Part shown: positions 26,780 to 35,834 of the stretch, piece by piece
Position numbering within the stretch: the stretch's first letter is position 1
Layout of the letters: each line of letters starts with the position of its first letter
Virus record (IMG/VR): IMGVR_UViG_2974506496_000001
Coordinates: 192,001-256,000 of that record
From: a virus
Lineage: Duplodnaviria > Caudoviricetes
DNA length: 64,000 nt
Strand: one strand, 5' to 3'
Notes under the pieces: model-generated
Told to the model about the DNA's origin: nothing
The model's input: the letters and a program-made list of their open reading frames with translations, nothing else
Database searches by the model: none
Made by a program: the position numbers and the translations under genes

Positions 26780-27691
26780 ATGAGTGATTTTACTGACTTA
26801 ACGAAATTGAAGACCGAATTACCACAAAACATCCAAAAGATTGATGAGCAGGATGATGTGGGTGACTTCAGCGATCTTAACGACTACCTCATGACCATCA
26901 TTCCGGATGAACGGCGTGAGCGCTTGATCGCGATCTGTCAAAACTTGAGCACCCTGCAGTATCATCAAGTCCAGCCCGATGTGGATCGGTTACTAATGAT
27001 GGCCAACGACGGTGAAGCGCCTTCGGTGCTCGATGACTTGACCCGGTTGTTATTTGAACACGCTTATGACTTAACGAAAAACATGGGCTTTAACTGGGCT
27101 GATGAGATTGAGTTTGATCAGCTGTTCCTGCTCGGTGATGTAATCGAAGGTGCCATGTTGATTGATGGCATGGAAGACTACGGCGACCTCTCAGCGATCC
27201 TGGATGGGGATGACTCAGTTGAAGAGAAGGTGGTGGATATCTGGGGTCTGGTGCTCGACAAAGACATGCACCATCTGTTTGAACAGATCCAGTCCATCGA
27301 ACCGGCGGTGATCAGCGGGATCAAGCAAGTCACGACCCGACCGTATGCCGAAGACGATTATGCAGATGTGCAACGTCCACTTGAGTTTGTGGTTGAGCGG
27401 TTGGTGAAAGTCCGTGAAATGATGAAGACCGATGGCATTGCTTACCAGCACGTGGCCAAGGGTGGCGCCTTAGGCGTTGAGCTCGATTCACTGATCACGC
27501 TCTACACCCCTGAGCTGAATGCCGTGACCGACCCGATCGAACTGACCGACCTGCTGGTTGCCTTTACCCTGATCAGCAACACCCCAGATGGTTTGGTGAA
27601 ATCCACCGCATCCCGGCTGGCAGAAAAATGGATTGATGATATCGAAGTCATCAATGTGGTAGGTAAACATATCGACAGGTATCCCGTGTGA
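26780..27691 (+). CDS. Conserved acidic protein upstream of the virion RNAP subunit (phiKZ gp79 position)
   Basis: 303 aa, coupled to the next gene by a GTGA overlap. Confidence 0.65.
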   Translation: MSDFTDLTKLKTELPQNIQKIDEQDDVGDFSDLNDYLMTIIPDERRERLIAICQNLSTLQYHQVQPDVDRLLMMANDGEAPSVLDDLTRLLFEHAYDLTKNMGFNWADEIEFDQLFLLGDVIEGAMLIDGMEDYGDLSAILDGDDSVEEKVVDIWGLVLDKDMHHLFEQIQSIEPAVISGIKQVTTRPYAEDDYADVQRPLEFVVERLVKVREMMKTDGIAYQHVAKGGALGVELDSLITLYTPELNAVTDPIELTDLLVAFTLISNTPDGLVKSTASRLAEKWIDDIEVINVVGKHIDRYPV

Positions 27692-28998
27692 ATATTCGCG
27701 ACTATTTAATCATGGCCTTTCGGGCAGGGGCTTACAAGCAACGCCAGTGGGTGTTGAGTGTCATGAGTATCACCCAGACCCCGGATGGTAAATCCGTAGC
27801 AGACAGTATGATCCCGTATCAGGCACACCGCATCAACATCGGCGCGACCCTCGATTGGGCTTACTGGGACGACTTCAACAAAACCTTTGTGCCGATTGAG
27901 GGAGTGGATGTTAACTTCCCGTTGTTTCGACCCGAGGATCAATACACACTACAACCTGGGGATTTTGCCAATGTCACTGAAGAAGTTACTACTACTTTCG
28001 GCCGTATTCTGGCTAACCATTATTATTTTATCGATGTGGTCGGTGAACGTGTCCCATTTCAGAACGTAGAATTCAACCGTGGGATGTTGGAGAAGATCTA
28101 CAAGGCCCGGGTATTAGAAGACGCCCAGGACTTGCGGCGTTCTGATCCGTTCTACCTGACCGTCGATGAATTCAAACGCTCAGTGGATAATGGCTTTGCC
28201 TTGGGTGGGTTGTCGAAACTTTGTGTACCGACTGCTTGTCCGGAAACCATGTATCCGCCGAAGTTCATCATCGAGATGCGTGACCGTCTGTTTGAAGAAC
28301 ACAAGGATGAGCTCAACAACCCGGTGGTCATGGGGCGTATTCAGGATGAGCTGTTAAAGCACTATCGTGAGTTCCTGATGTCCACCCCGTCAGCCAAGTT
28401 CTTTGTGATCAAGAAGACCATCGACCAGGCCTTCAACAACATGTTCCTGACCGGTGGTATTGCGGGGGCTTTTGGTGGTAACACTGTTATTACCAACTCG
28501 CTGTACGAAGGCTGGAACCTGAAGAACTTCCCGGCGTTAGTGAATGGCTCTATCGAAGCTTCCTTTGACCGCGGTGCGGCTACAGCCGATGGCGGCGAGA
28601 AAGTGAAGATGTTGATCCGTGCCACGCAGAACATCCGTATCACCGATGATGATTGCGGCACCCAGCTCGGGGTACCGTGGGTGATTGAAGATGCCGGCAA
28701 GGCACGCTTCATTAACTCTTACATACTGGATAAGGGTGTGACGATTCTGTTAACTCCGGAGAACATTGATAAGTTCGTCGGTAAGCCGGTCATGACCCGT
28801 TCACCCAGCTTCTGTAAGAAATCCCATGGCGACTCCTGTAAGTTCTGCGTCGGTGCGCATAACGCCACCAACCCACGCGGGATGTCTTCCGGTACCTCGA
28901 AGATCGGTTCTACCCTGATGTTGTTATCGATGAAAGCGATGCATAAAGGCAGTAAGATCGATCTGATCGAGTATAACCTTGATGAGGTCTTTAACTGA
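27688..28998 (+). CDS. Virion RNA polymerase beta' fragment (phiKZ gp80-like)
   Basis: Motifs TADGGE, DDCGT, RSPSFC...SCKFCVG and trigger-loop-like SKIGSTLMLLSMKAMH. Confidence 0.85.
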   Translation: MNIRDYLIMAFRAGAYKQRQWVLSVMSITQTPDGKSVADSMIPYQAHRINIGATLDWAYWDDFNKTFVPIEGVDVNFPLFRPEDQYTLQPGDFANVTEEVTTTFGRILANHYYFIDVVGERVPFQNVEFNRGMLEKIYKARVLEDAQDLRRSDPFYLTVDEFKRSVDNGFALGGLSKLCVPTACPETMYPPKFIIEMRDRLFEEHKDELNNPVVMGRIQDELLKHYREFLMSTPSAKFFVIKKTIDQAFNNMFLTGGIAGAFGGNTVITNSLYEGWNLKNFPALVNGSIEASFDRGAATADGGEKVKMLIRATQNIRITDDDCGTQLGVPWVIEDAGKARFINSYILDKGVTILLTPENIDKFVGKPVMTRSPSFCKKSHGDSCKFCVGAHNATNPRGMSSGTSKIGSTLMLLSMKAMHKGSKIDLIEYNLDEVFN

Positions 28999-29004
28999 GG
29001 ATAT

Positions 29005-29020
29005 CTGAAACCTACATTAT
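29005..29020 (+). promoter_or_regulatory. Candidate early promoter CCTACATTAT
   Basis: Core identical to 5018-5027; heads the 29-34 kb accessory island. Confidence 0.5.
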
Positions 29021-29052
29021 AAGAGGGAGATAACTTTTATAAGGAACGTACC

Positions 29053-29769
29053 ATGTATGGTTTATTAATCCTCGCCTTGCCTCAGTCACCGTACGTCCAC
29101 ATGAGTGCGATGACTGCGGACAGGTTTACTGAACTGCTCCCACAACTCCAGAAAGAGCTCGATGCAGATATCTTTCCTAATGTGTGTTTCCAGGGTGCAT
29201 TCAATGTCAGTAATACCCGTACGGTCACTCAGCTGTTTATTCCGTGTAGCGGATTGGTGGCGGCGCGGGAGTTGGGGTATGAACAGATCCGCAATATTCT
29301 CGCCAACCCAGAGAAGGAAGTCCAGCATGTCACCAACATCGGTGATTGGCTGGGTATTCCTGGTAAGGTGATGTTTGATAATGCGGATGGATCTGTGGAT
29401 GAGGTCGTTGTGACTGACATGTACAAATATCTGGTACATGAAAGAAGAGAGCGCTCTGTCTTTCGGTTCAGTCCTATTGATCTTAGTATAACCGATACCG
29501 AACCATTACCAACTCACCTCTACCCACGTGATCATTTCTACGACCAGGTCTACCTCGACAAAGACGGCGAGCGTGCTTTCCTGTCTTACGGGTCGTGCGG
29601 TGAGGAAGGCTGTGTCATAGAACCCAGAGAAGAGAAACCCGTGCAAGTGTACGGCGTTACCTACTCGTCACTGGATGAAGTGGCCCGATGCTATAACCTG
29701 CCTGAGCAGTACGTGAAAGAACGCGTTGAGTCTGACAGCCTTGAATGGCTGGAGTGGTCATATTTGTAA
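29053..29769 (+). CDS. Hypothetical protein with C-terminal NUMOD1-like HTH; paralog of 33318-34100
   Basis: Shared TNIGDWL and VTD..KYL; C-terminal PVQVYGVTYSSLDEVAR. Confidence 0.65.
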   Translation: MYGLLILALPQSPYVHMSAMTADRFTELLPQLQKELDADIFPNVCFQGAFNVSNTRTVTQLFIPCSGLVAARELGYEQIRNILANPEKEVQHVTNIGDWLGIPGKVMFDNADGSVDEVVVTDMYKYLVHERRERSVFRFSPIDLSITDTEPLPTHLYPRDHFYDQVYLDKDGERAFLSYGSCGEEGCVIEPREEKPVQVYGVTYSSLDEVARCYNLPEQYVKERVESDSLEWLEWSYL

Positions 29770-29897
29770 AAGTATTTGGGGATGAGACGCAGAGCTGATT
29801 CCCATCTACGGTAAGTTGTTCAAGGAAGCAGCAAACCGGTTATAAAAAATGAAAGGGTTTTCGTAAGATAGTCAGTGCTCCGTACCCGAGACAATAC

Positions 29898-30095
29898 ATG
29901 ACCACAAACCCGCAGTTTATTTTCGTGGCTCAGAATTCTGATGCTACACACAGCGTAGAGAAACTGGAAGTAGGACGCGATACCGATACCCAGAAGAACC
30001 TCACGGAACTTCGTAAAGGTTTGCCGTTCGACTTCTCGTTTATCATGTCTGAAGAGGCGATCTATCAACTTCGACAGGCAGGGCACATCAACTAA
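29898..30095 (+). CDS. Small hypothetical protein
   Basis: 65-aa ORF with phage-like codon usage. Confidence 0.45.
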   Translation: MTTNPQFIFVAQNSDATHSVEKLEVGRDTDTQKNLTELRKGLPFDFSFIMSEEAIYQLRQAGHIN

Positions 30096-30110
30096 ACTGC
30101 TGAGGTAGTC

Positions 30111-30563
30111 ATGACGAACAAATCGGAGATCTCACACGGTGGTGGTGATCAGCCTATGGAAAAAGAGCAAAGCAACTTATCCGTACTGGTGAACTACTCC
30201 ACAGGTGTGATGGAAGGTGACCGTTTTAATTACTCGGTTGCATTGGCGCTGTTGAAAGACGGCATCAAAGTGAAACGCGAAGACTGGAAGAACGCTTTCC
30301 TGGTGTTCGTCCCGGGTAGTCAGAATGTTGAACTGCCAAAAGGGTCGCCGTATGAAGTCGCACTCCACGGTAAGAAGTCCGTTGCCAATATTCGTCCGCA
30401 CATCGATCTGTACACGGAGTACGGTGAATTCGAAGTCGGTTGGACCGCCAACCAGGAAGACACCAACGCCGATGACTGGATGATTGTCTTAGACAAGAAC
30501 ACCAATCAAGACGACAGTGCCGACGAAGAGAAAGAGTCCTCAAACGACGACTCGAAGTCATAA
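30111..30563 (+). CDS. tad2: DUF2829/Tad2-like protein (putative cyclic-nucleotide sponge, anti-defence)
   Basis: ALALLKDGIKVKREDW...PHIDLYT...GWTANQEDTNADDW matches the family pattern AL.ALK.G.KV.R.GW...PYID..T...GW.ASQ.D..A.DW. Confidence 0.75.
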   Translation: MTNKSEISHGGGDQPMEKEQSNLSVLVNYSTGVMEGDRFNYSVALALLKDGIKVKREDWKNAFLVFVPGSQNVELPKGSPYEVALHGKKSVANIRPHIDLYTEYGEFEVGWTANQEDTNADDWMIVLDKNTNQDDSADEEKESSNDDSKS

Positions 30564-30568
30564 ACCCC

Positions 30569-30597
30569 AGGAGAGCTTCGGCTCTCCTTTTATGCCC
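30569..30597 (+). terminator. Hairpin with TTTTATGCCC tail
   Basis: AGGAGAGC-TTCG-GCTCTCCT then TTTATGCCC. Confidence 0.8.
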
Positions 30598-30612
30598 ATT
30601 AAGGAACATGTC

Positions 30613-30972
30613 ATGAGTGAAAAGAAAGCGTTTGAAGTGGTATTGGATAGCCGTCATGAACCGTACGAAGCTTACCAGTTATTAGTGGCGCGTATCAATA
30701 CGTTATTACGCACCGGTCAAGGCTACCATGAAGTGAAACTCACGAAGTGGCAGCTTTACGATAACGGTCTTCTTATCAAAGGAGATGATGATGTGCATAT
30801 CTCCTTGTTGCGTCATTTCTATTACGATAAGCAACGCAATACGTTTGGTGGTGGCTTCATGGCCTTTGAGATCCTGGAAGATTTGGGTCGTTACTACAAA
30901 GTGCACGATATCACAGAAGGGATGAGCGAGAACGTTGGCCTCGTCTTCACGATCACGGTAACCACACCATAA
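30613..30972 (+). CDS. Small paralog 1 of a four-gene array
   Basis: Start moved to ATG 30613 (AAGGA RBS); VKLTKW motif. Confidence 0.65.
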   Translation: MSEKKAFEVVLDSRHEPYEAYQLLVARINTLLRTGQGYHEVKLTKWQLYDNGLLIKGDDDVHISLLRHFYYDKQRNTFGGGFMAFEILEDLGRYYKVHDITEGMSENVGLVFTITVTTP

Positions 30973-30978
30973 GAGGTT

Positions 30979-31347
30979 GTGATGAAACCACTCTTCGCCA
31001 TGAAGTTCGATACCCGGGATGCGGGATTAGGGGATCAACTCGATCTCTTGCAATCACGGGTGAAGGCTTACTCTAAACACGGCACCATGATCAAGGATGT
31101 GGCGGTGACGGCCTGGGTGGTCTGTTCGGATAACATGCCAGTTGCCGGTGATGACCCTGCTTATGTCAGTATTATCCACCGTTACCGTTACGACATCGAA
31201 CAACAGTGTGTGGTCGGTGGGGTCAGTGCCATGGATGCTCTGCGTGAGATCTGGTCGGCGTATGGTCCTGACTCTACCCTCCCGCCGTTCAGCCGGATAC
31301 CCGGTGCTGTCGATATGCAATTTACCTTAACTGTGTTCACTATTTAA
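30979..31347 (+). CDS. Small paralog 2
   Basis: VAVTAW motif, C-terminal MQFTLTVF. Confidence 0.65.
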   Translation: MMKPLFAMKFDTRDAGLGDQLDLLQSRVKAYSKHGTMIKDVAVTAWVVCSDNMPVAGDDPAYVSIIHRYRYDIEQQCVVGGVSAMDALREIWSAYGPDSTLPPFSRIPGAVDMQFTLTVFTI

Positions 31348-31360
31348 AGGAGATACCCTC

Positions 31361-31753
31361 ATGGGAGTTTCTACTGCTGCTGCTCGTCGTTCTAAAGAAG
31401 GGGTGTTTACCCGGAGTATTGAAGTGCGTCACGATCACTGGAAACGCGATATCACTGATCTAGGACTGGATGTCCATAACCTGGTGCTGTGCAAGCAGGA
31501 GATCGTGTCCGTTACCGTCACGGCTTGGCGGGCGTATGATGAGTGCGGTGTATTGCGCGGTAGTGCCAAAGAGTTGAAGTTAGACATTACGGAATGGTTC
31601 CTCGGTGACAAAGGCCCGGTCATTAATGATGCGATCAAACCTCTCACGTTTGCCTTCATCATTAATCAACAACGCAGCCAACGCACGCCCTGGGTAAAAG
31701 ATGTCCGCTTAGGGCTTAACCTGTCCATTGTCTACAAGAGGATTCAGCAATAA
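31361..31753 (+). CDS. Small paralog 3
   Basis: VTVTAW motif, C-terminal LNLSIVY. Confidence 0.65.
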   Translation: MGVSTAAARRSKEGVFTRSIEVRHDHWKRDITDLGLDVHNLVLCKQEIVSVTVTAWRAYDECGVLRGSAKELKLDITEWFLGDKGPVINDAIKPLTFAFIINQQRSQRTPWVKDVRLGLNLSIVYKRIQQ

Positions 31754-32097
31754 TGGAAATTGTCCACCAACTCGATCTTAGCCACGGCTGGGAACCCTTC
31801 AACCGCCTGAAAGCCGCCTTTGCCAAGAAACCCCCGGAGGCGATCCACATCACTGCCTGGGTCGCTCATGGTTATAAAGGAAACCTCATCGGCGATGAGC
31901 AAGTGGTGAAAGGGTCGTGCCAGGAGTGTCGGATTGATGTGACCCACATCTTCTTTCCCAGTCGGCCTGAGATCTTGATTGGTTTGTCGAGCTTCATTAA
32001 CACTATTAACCGTGACGGGCCGGTGAAGATCCCGGCCTGGACCGGATCGATTACTCTTTGTCTTGAATTAGCGATAAGTTATACGGATAGAATTTAA
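31753..32097 (+). CDS. Small paralog 4
   Basis: IHITAW motif, C-terminal LELAISY; TAATG coupling. Confidence 0.65.
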   Translation: MEIVHQLDLSHGWEPFNRLKAAFAKKPPEAIHITAWVAHGYKGNLIGDEQVVKGSCQECRIDVTHIFFPSRPEILIGLSSFINTINRDGPVKIPAWTGSITLCLELAISYTDRI

Positions 32098-32204
32098 TCG
32101 GCATATATTCTGTCTCGTTAGCGTAAGCTCGCTAAAAACCCTTTTAAAGTTTTGTATAACAAACTATCAACTTTGTAGAAAGAAACAAATAGGAAATTAA
32201 TCTC

Positions 32205-32915
32205 ATGTTGCATGAAAACTTTGAAGCCTTAGTGGCGAACATCGCCAACCAAATCAATCAGCTGGAACCAGAGGATCTGCCGTCACTGATCCTGACCAAG
32301 AGCGAGGTCTACATCAACGACAAGCGACACGATCGCACGCGTCTACTGCTGAACCTGTTTACCCCACAACCCGGGCACACGCACGACGTGACCTTCGATC
32401 AAGAGCTGCAGGATGCCTTCGCTCACAACAACCTGGAGTTTATCAAAGTCGGTGAAGGGATCGCCTACGGACTACTGCGTACCAGTATCGTTAACAACGA
32501 ACCCGCGGTGTTCTGGATTCACGCCGATGTCTCCGATGATGCATCATTACTGAAGCAAGCCTGGGACATCATCACCGACCTGAAGAAGAATGCGGGTTAC
32601 CCCCAGGCGTTTAACATTGACGTGCTCGACGTAAGCTGGCATGCGTTAAGCTGGGCACAACTGCTGGGGACTTTGCTTGACCGCACTGACCCGACCCGCC
32701 GGTTCCGTTTGGCAACTAACCCCGATTACGATTTTGTGTTATCCCAGAAAGCCATCACGTACTACCAGGAGACGTTGAGTAAACGTCCGATGGCACCGGT
32801 TGCTTACCTCGATGACACTAACCTGTTTAATGGTGGCGACTTTAACGACAGTGATCGCAACTGGGCAATCGCCCCGAACGACAGCACCCGCCCTATCGTG
32901 AAGGTGTATGTTTAA
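32205..32915 (+). CDS. Hypothetical protein
   Basis: 236 aa, AGGA RBS after an AT-rich leader. Confidence 0.7.
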   Translation: MLHENFEALVANIANQINQLEPEDLPSLILTKSEVYINDKRHDRTRLLLNLFTPQPGHTHDVTFDQELQDAFAHNNLEFIKVGEGIAYGLLRTSIVNNEPAVFWIHADVSDDASLLKQAWDIITDLKKNAGYPQAFNIDVLDVSWHALSWAQLLGTLLDRTDPTRRFRLATNPDYDFVLSQKAITYYQETLSKRPMAPVAYLDDTNLFNGGDFNDSDRNWAIAPNDSTRPIVKVYV

Positions 32916-32973
32916 ATAAACACAAGCTCCAGATGGTATACTTGGAAACATTTATTGATCTGGAGCCCCAGCC

Positions 32974-33273
32974 ATGCAAAACAATGACGATGTGGTGCCG
33001 ATGCACTATAACCACAACGTGGACATGAATAACCCGCTCGACGTGGATGAAGAGGCGTTAAAGGTTCGCTTCGCTGCGCGCCTGTGCAGCTTCCTTGATC
33101 TTGCCGAGCAACTGAATAAGGATGACTTAACCCAAAACGATATCAGTCAGTTCACCGTCGGTATCGTAAACTTAGTGTGTGACTCAATGGGCAGTAGTCC
33201 CAAACGAGACCTTTACAGGAGACAGATGGTTGACAAACTTGAACCTGTTCTGTCGAGGCATCTGATTAAATAG
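32974..33273 (+). CDS. Hypothetical protein
   Basis: 99 aa, GGAG RBS. Confidence 0.6.
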   Translation: MQNNDDVVPMHYNHNVDMNNPLDVDEEALKVRFAARLCSFLDLAEQLNKDDLTQNDISQFTVGIVNLVCDSMGSSPKRDLYRRQMVDKLEPVLSRHLIK

Positions 33274-33317
33274 TCGGAGGCGTGACGGAACGCGACTACA
33301 TTGCAGTATAAAAGGAT

Positions 33318-34100
33318 ATGGCTATGACGTTCGAAAAAGAAGGGGACACGTTGCACATTGTGCGACTGAGAACCAAAGGCTGGTACCACATGACGGTAAC
33401 CAGCGATCCTGATGCGAGTATGGATATCGTTAACACGAACTTACGTCAGGGCACTTTTACTGATCCACTTTTACAACACCAGTACGACATCTGTAAAAAA
33501 GAGATGGGACAAGATCCCAATCCAAATGACATCGTTTTCCACCAGTTCGTGACCACGCCAGACCAGACCGGGTATCAGTCTGGCCACTGGATGATTCGTG
33601 ATCACATTCGCCACGGCTATTCACTGAAGTGCCTGACTAACATCGGTGACTGGCTTTCGACCGCAGCCTATCTTTATATCCCAGACCCTGATGATAAAGA
33701 GGGCGGTGATAGAAAATACAAAGTAACTGACTTAGGTAAGTATCTCGACAAGGAAGAGTTGTTGGGTCACTCCGACCACCTGCCGATGTATTTCTTGCCT
33801 GATGAGGAACCGGGTGACAGCTATGATGAGTTGATTGAAACCCATCGTCTTCCGCAACCTGACAAAGGTTACTCTTGTGTGGCCATCAAGAACGGTATGT
33901 CGTTTAGTTTGCTGACGTACAACAACTCCAAGCGGGTGCTTTCAGAAGAGGAAGAACTGCAAACCACAACCGTCCCAGTCAGGGCAGATGGTTTGCTGTA
34001 CAGCTCCGTCTTAGAGTTGGCTATGGCTAAGAACGCCCCAGTCTGGTTTGTCTTGGAGATGTTAACTTCCGAAACCGACCCGAACTGGCATTTCGTCTAA
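33318..34100 (+). CDS. Paralog of 29053-29769 with C-terminal NUMOD1-like HTH
   Basis: TNIGDWL, VTDLGKYL and PVRADGLLYSSVLELA. Confidence 0.65.
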   Translation: MAMTFEKEGDTLHIVRLRTKGWYHMTVTSDPDASMDIVNTNLRQGTFTDPLLQHQYDICKKEMGQDPNPNDIVFHQFVTTPDQTGYQSGHWMIRDHIRHGYSLKCLTNIGDWLSTAAYLYIPDPDDKEGGDRKYKVTDLGKYLDKEELLGHSDHLPMYFLPDEEPGDSYDELIETHRLPQPDKGYSCVAIKNGMSFSLLTYNNSKRVLSEEEELQTTTVPVRADGLLYSSVLELAMAKNAPVWFVLEMLTSETDPNWHFV

Positions 34101-34188
34101 CCGAGATTGGCTGTGGGGAATCCTATGCAATTGCAAAGTGTAGAGAGAACCACGGCCAATCGTAAGCTGTATCATAAGGAGAGAGATT

Positions 34189-35769
34189 GTGAGTGAAGCT
34201 AACCAGAACATCGTAGAAAGCTACGACGACCTGCCGAAGAACGCGCAGAAAGGTGATCGCTATACCGTGCGTGAAGACGCGATCGTTTACGAACTCCAGG
34301 AAGATGGTTCTTGGAAAGACGTAGACATCAACGAACAGGTTGATCAGGAAAACGAAGAGCAGGCGCAGACCGAAGATGGTCAGCAGTCTGACACCGGCGC
34401 AACTGACCAGCCTGCCTCTGATGAAGAGGGCGACGCGGATTCGTCTAAAACGGCAGCTACCGATGAAGAAAACCAGGTAGATGACAACGGCGATGACAAG
34501 CAGACTCCGGCTGAAGAGAAGCAGGAAGAAGCAGCGCAGGCGGTTGATGAAACCCAGCCACGTGATGACCCTTACGTACGAGGAGCGAACAGCGATGCCA
34601 ATCCGGCACAACCTGAAGATGCGAATCAAACGCAAGATCAGACTGACGAAGCAGGACAAACTCCTGATTCTTCTGACGATACCAACGCGCAGCAGGAAAG
34701 CACTGATGGCGTTGCGACGCAGGATGCGAAAGAGCAGGCTAACATCCCGGAAGGGGTAGATCCTGAAGAAGCGCAACCTGACAACCAGCCACTGGCAGTA
34801 GCACCGGTTGAGCAGCCCCCTGTCCAGCACGAAGCGGTCGCGGTTGATCCTAACGCTGACCAGCCATCACCTGAAGCGCGTCCAGACAGCAAGATCGAAG
34901 AAGCGGCTGAACTGAACGCACAGAAAGAAGATGCGGCTCGTGACGAGATCGCTGAAGCCGGTGCTGATGCACAAGCTGCGACCTCTGCTGAGCAGACTGA
35001 CGCTGGCAAAGCCAAAGAAGACGCACAGGCTGAAGGCCAGTTGCCGAACGATGGTGCTGCTGATGATGTCGCCGCTGGTAAACCACGTAATGACCAGACC
35101 TACACCGAAGATCAGAAAGCGGCGAACACGCCAGCTCCTGAAATCGTGCAGGCTCAGGAAAACCATACGTCAGAGCCTGATCCGGTAGTTAGCCAGGAAG
35201 AGACCCATGTGCAGAACGCCACGGACCCTGACCAGCCGACTATCATCCCGCAGGAAGCGAAGTCTGAATCACTGGCGCATCAAGCTGCCGATCCAACGCA
35301 GGAAACTGTGTTTGTTAAGCAGGATGAAAACCTGGACCCGGAAGTGCGTGTGCTGCAACAGCGCATCGAAGAGTACATCAGCAACATGGGTGTGAACGGT
35401 AAGCACGATCGCCGTGACGGTCCGAAGTATCAGGCTCGCCTGTACAAAGACCTGCACTCCATCATGGCGCTGGAGCCAGTGAAGTTCAAGCAAGTGATGG
35501 ACTACCTGCTGAACCGTGTGTATGAAGAACGTGCCGGTGCTTTCTCTGACACCTATACGCGCCGTTACTTCGATCAGCTGTCACCGATGCACATGCAGAC
35601 CGATCGCGTGCGTGAGTTTGACAACATCCTGTCGCTGGTAACCACTGTGGGTCATTCCAAAAACCGCAGTCGTGCCCTGCAGCAGGTTGATCTGCAGCGC
35701 GCCCTGAAGAACATTCAGGATGCCGGGAAGCAGCAGCGTATGGCAGCGTACTTTGATGCTCTGCGTTAA
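34189..35769 (+). CDS. Protein with fibre-type N-terminal repeat, long acidic disordered linker and helical C-domain
   Basis: 526 aa, TAAGGAG RBS, GTG start; D/E/Q/A/P-rich over about residues 45-380. Confidence 0.75.
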   Translation: MSEANQNIVESYDDLPKNAQKGDRYTVREDAIVYELQEDGSWKDVDINEQVDQENEEQAQTEDGQQSDTGATDQPASDEEGDADSSKTAATDEENQVDDNGDDKQTPAEEKQEEAAQAVDETQPRDDPYVRGANSDANPAQPEDANQTQDQTDEAGQTPDSSDDTNAQQESTDGVATQDAKEQANIPEGVDPEEAQPDNQPLAVAPVEQPPVQHEAVAVDPNADQPSPEARPDSKIEEAAELNAQKEDAARDEIAEAGADAQAATSAEQTDAGKAKEDAQAEGQLPNDGAADDVAAGKPRNDQTYTEDQKAANTPAPEIVQAQENHTSEPDPVVSQEETHVQNATDPDQPTIIPQEAKSESLAHQAADPTQETVFVKQDENLDPEVRVLQQRIEEYISNMGVNGKHDRRDGPKYQARLYKDLHSIMALEPVKFKQVMDYLLNRVYEERAGAFSDTYTRRYFDQLSPMHMQTDRVREFDNILSLVTTVGHSKNRSRALQQVDLQRALKNIQDAGKQQRMAAYFDALR

Positions 35770-35782
35770 TTGATCATTTGAT

Positions 35783-35834
35783 CAGCATAAGGAGAGGCCT
35801 CGCGCCTCTCCTGTTTATGCCGTCTTTTTTTTTT
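35783..35834. terminator. Bidirectional hairpin at a convergent junction
   Basis: CAGCATA-AGGAGAGGC-CTCGC-GCCTCTCCT-GTTTATGCCG then a T run. Confidence 0.85.

Noticed and set aside
32099-32135. CGGCATAT plus TTAGCG-TAAGCT-CGCTAA as a member of the hairpin-tail family
   Set aside because: The stem is weak, the spacing is longer and the orientation opposes the flanking genes; noted as an exception and not counted.
34123-35166. Several antisense ORFs, including a hydrophobic 235-aa ORF
   Set aside because: Shadows of the low-complexity acidic linker on the plus strand.
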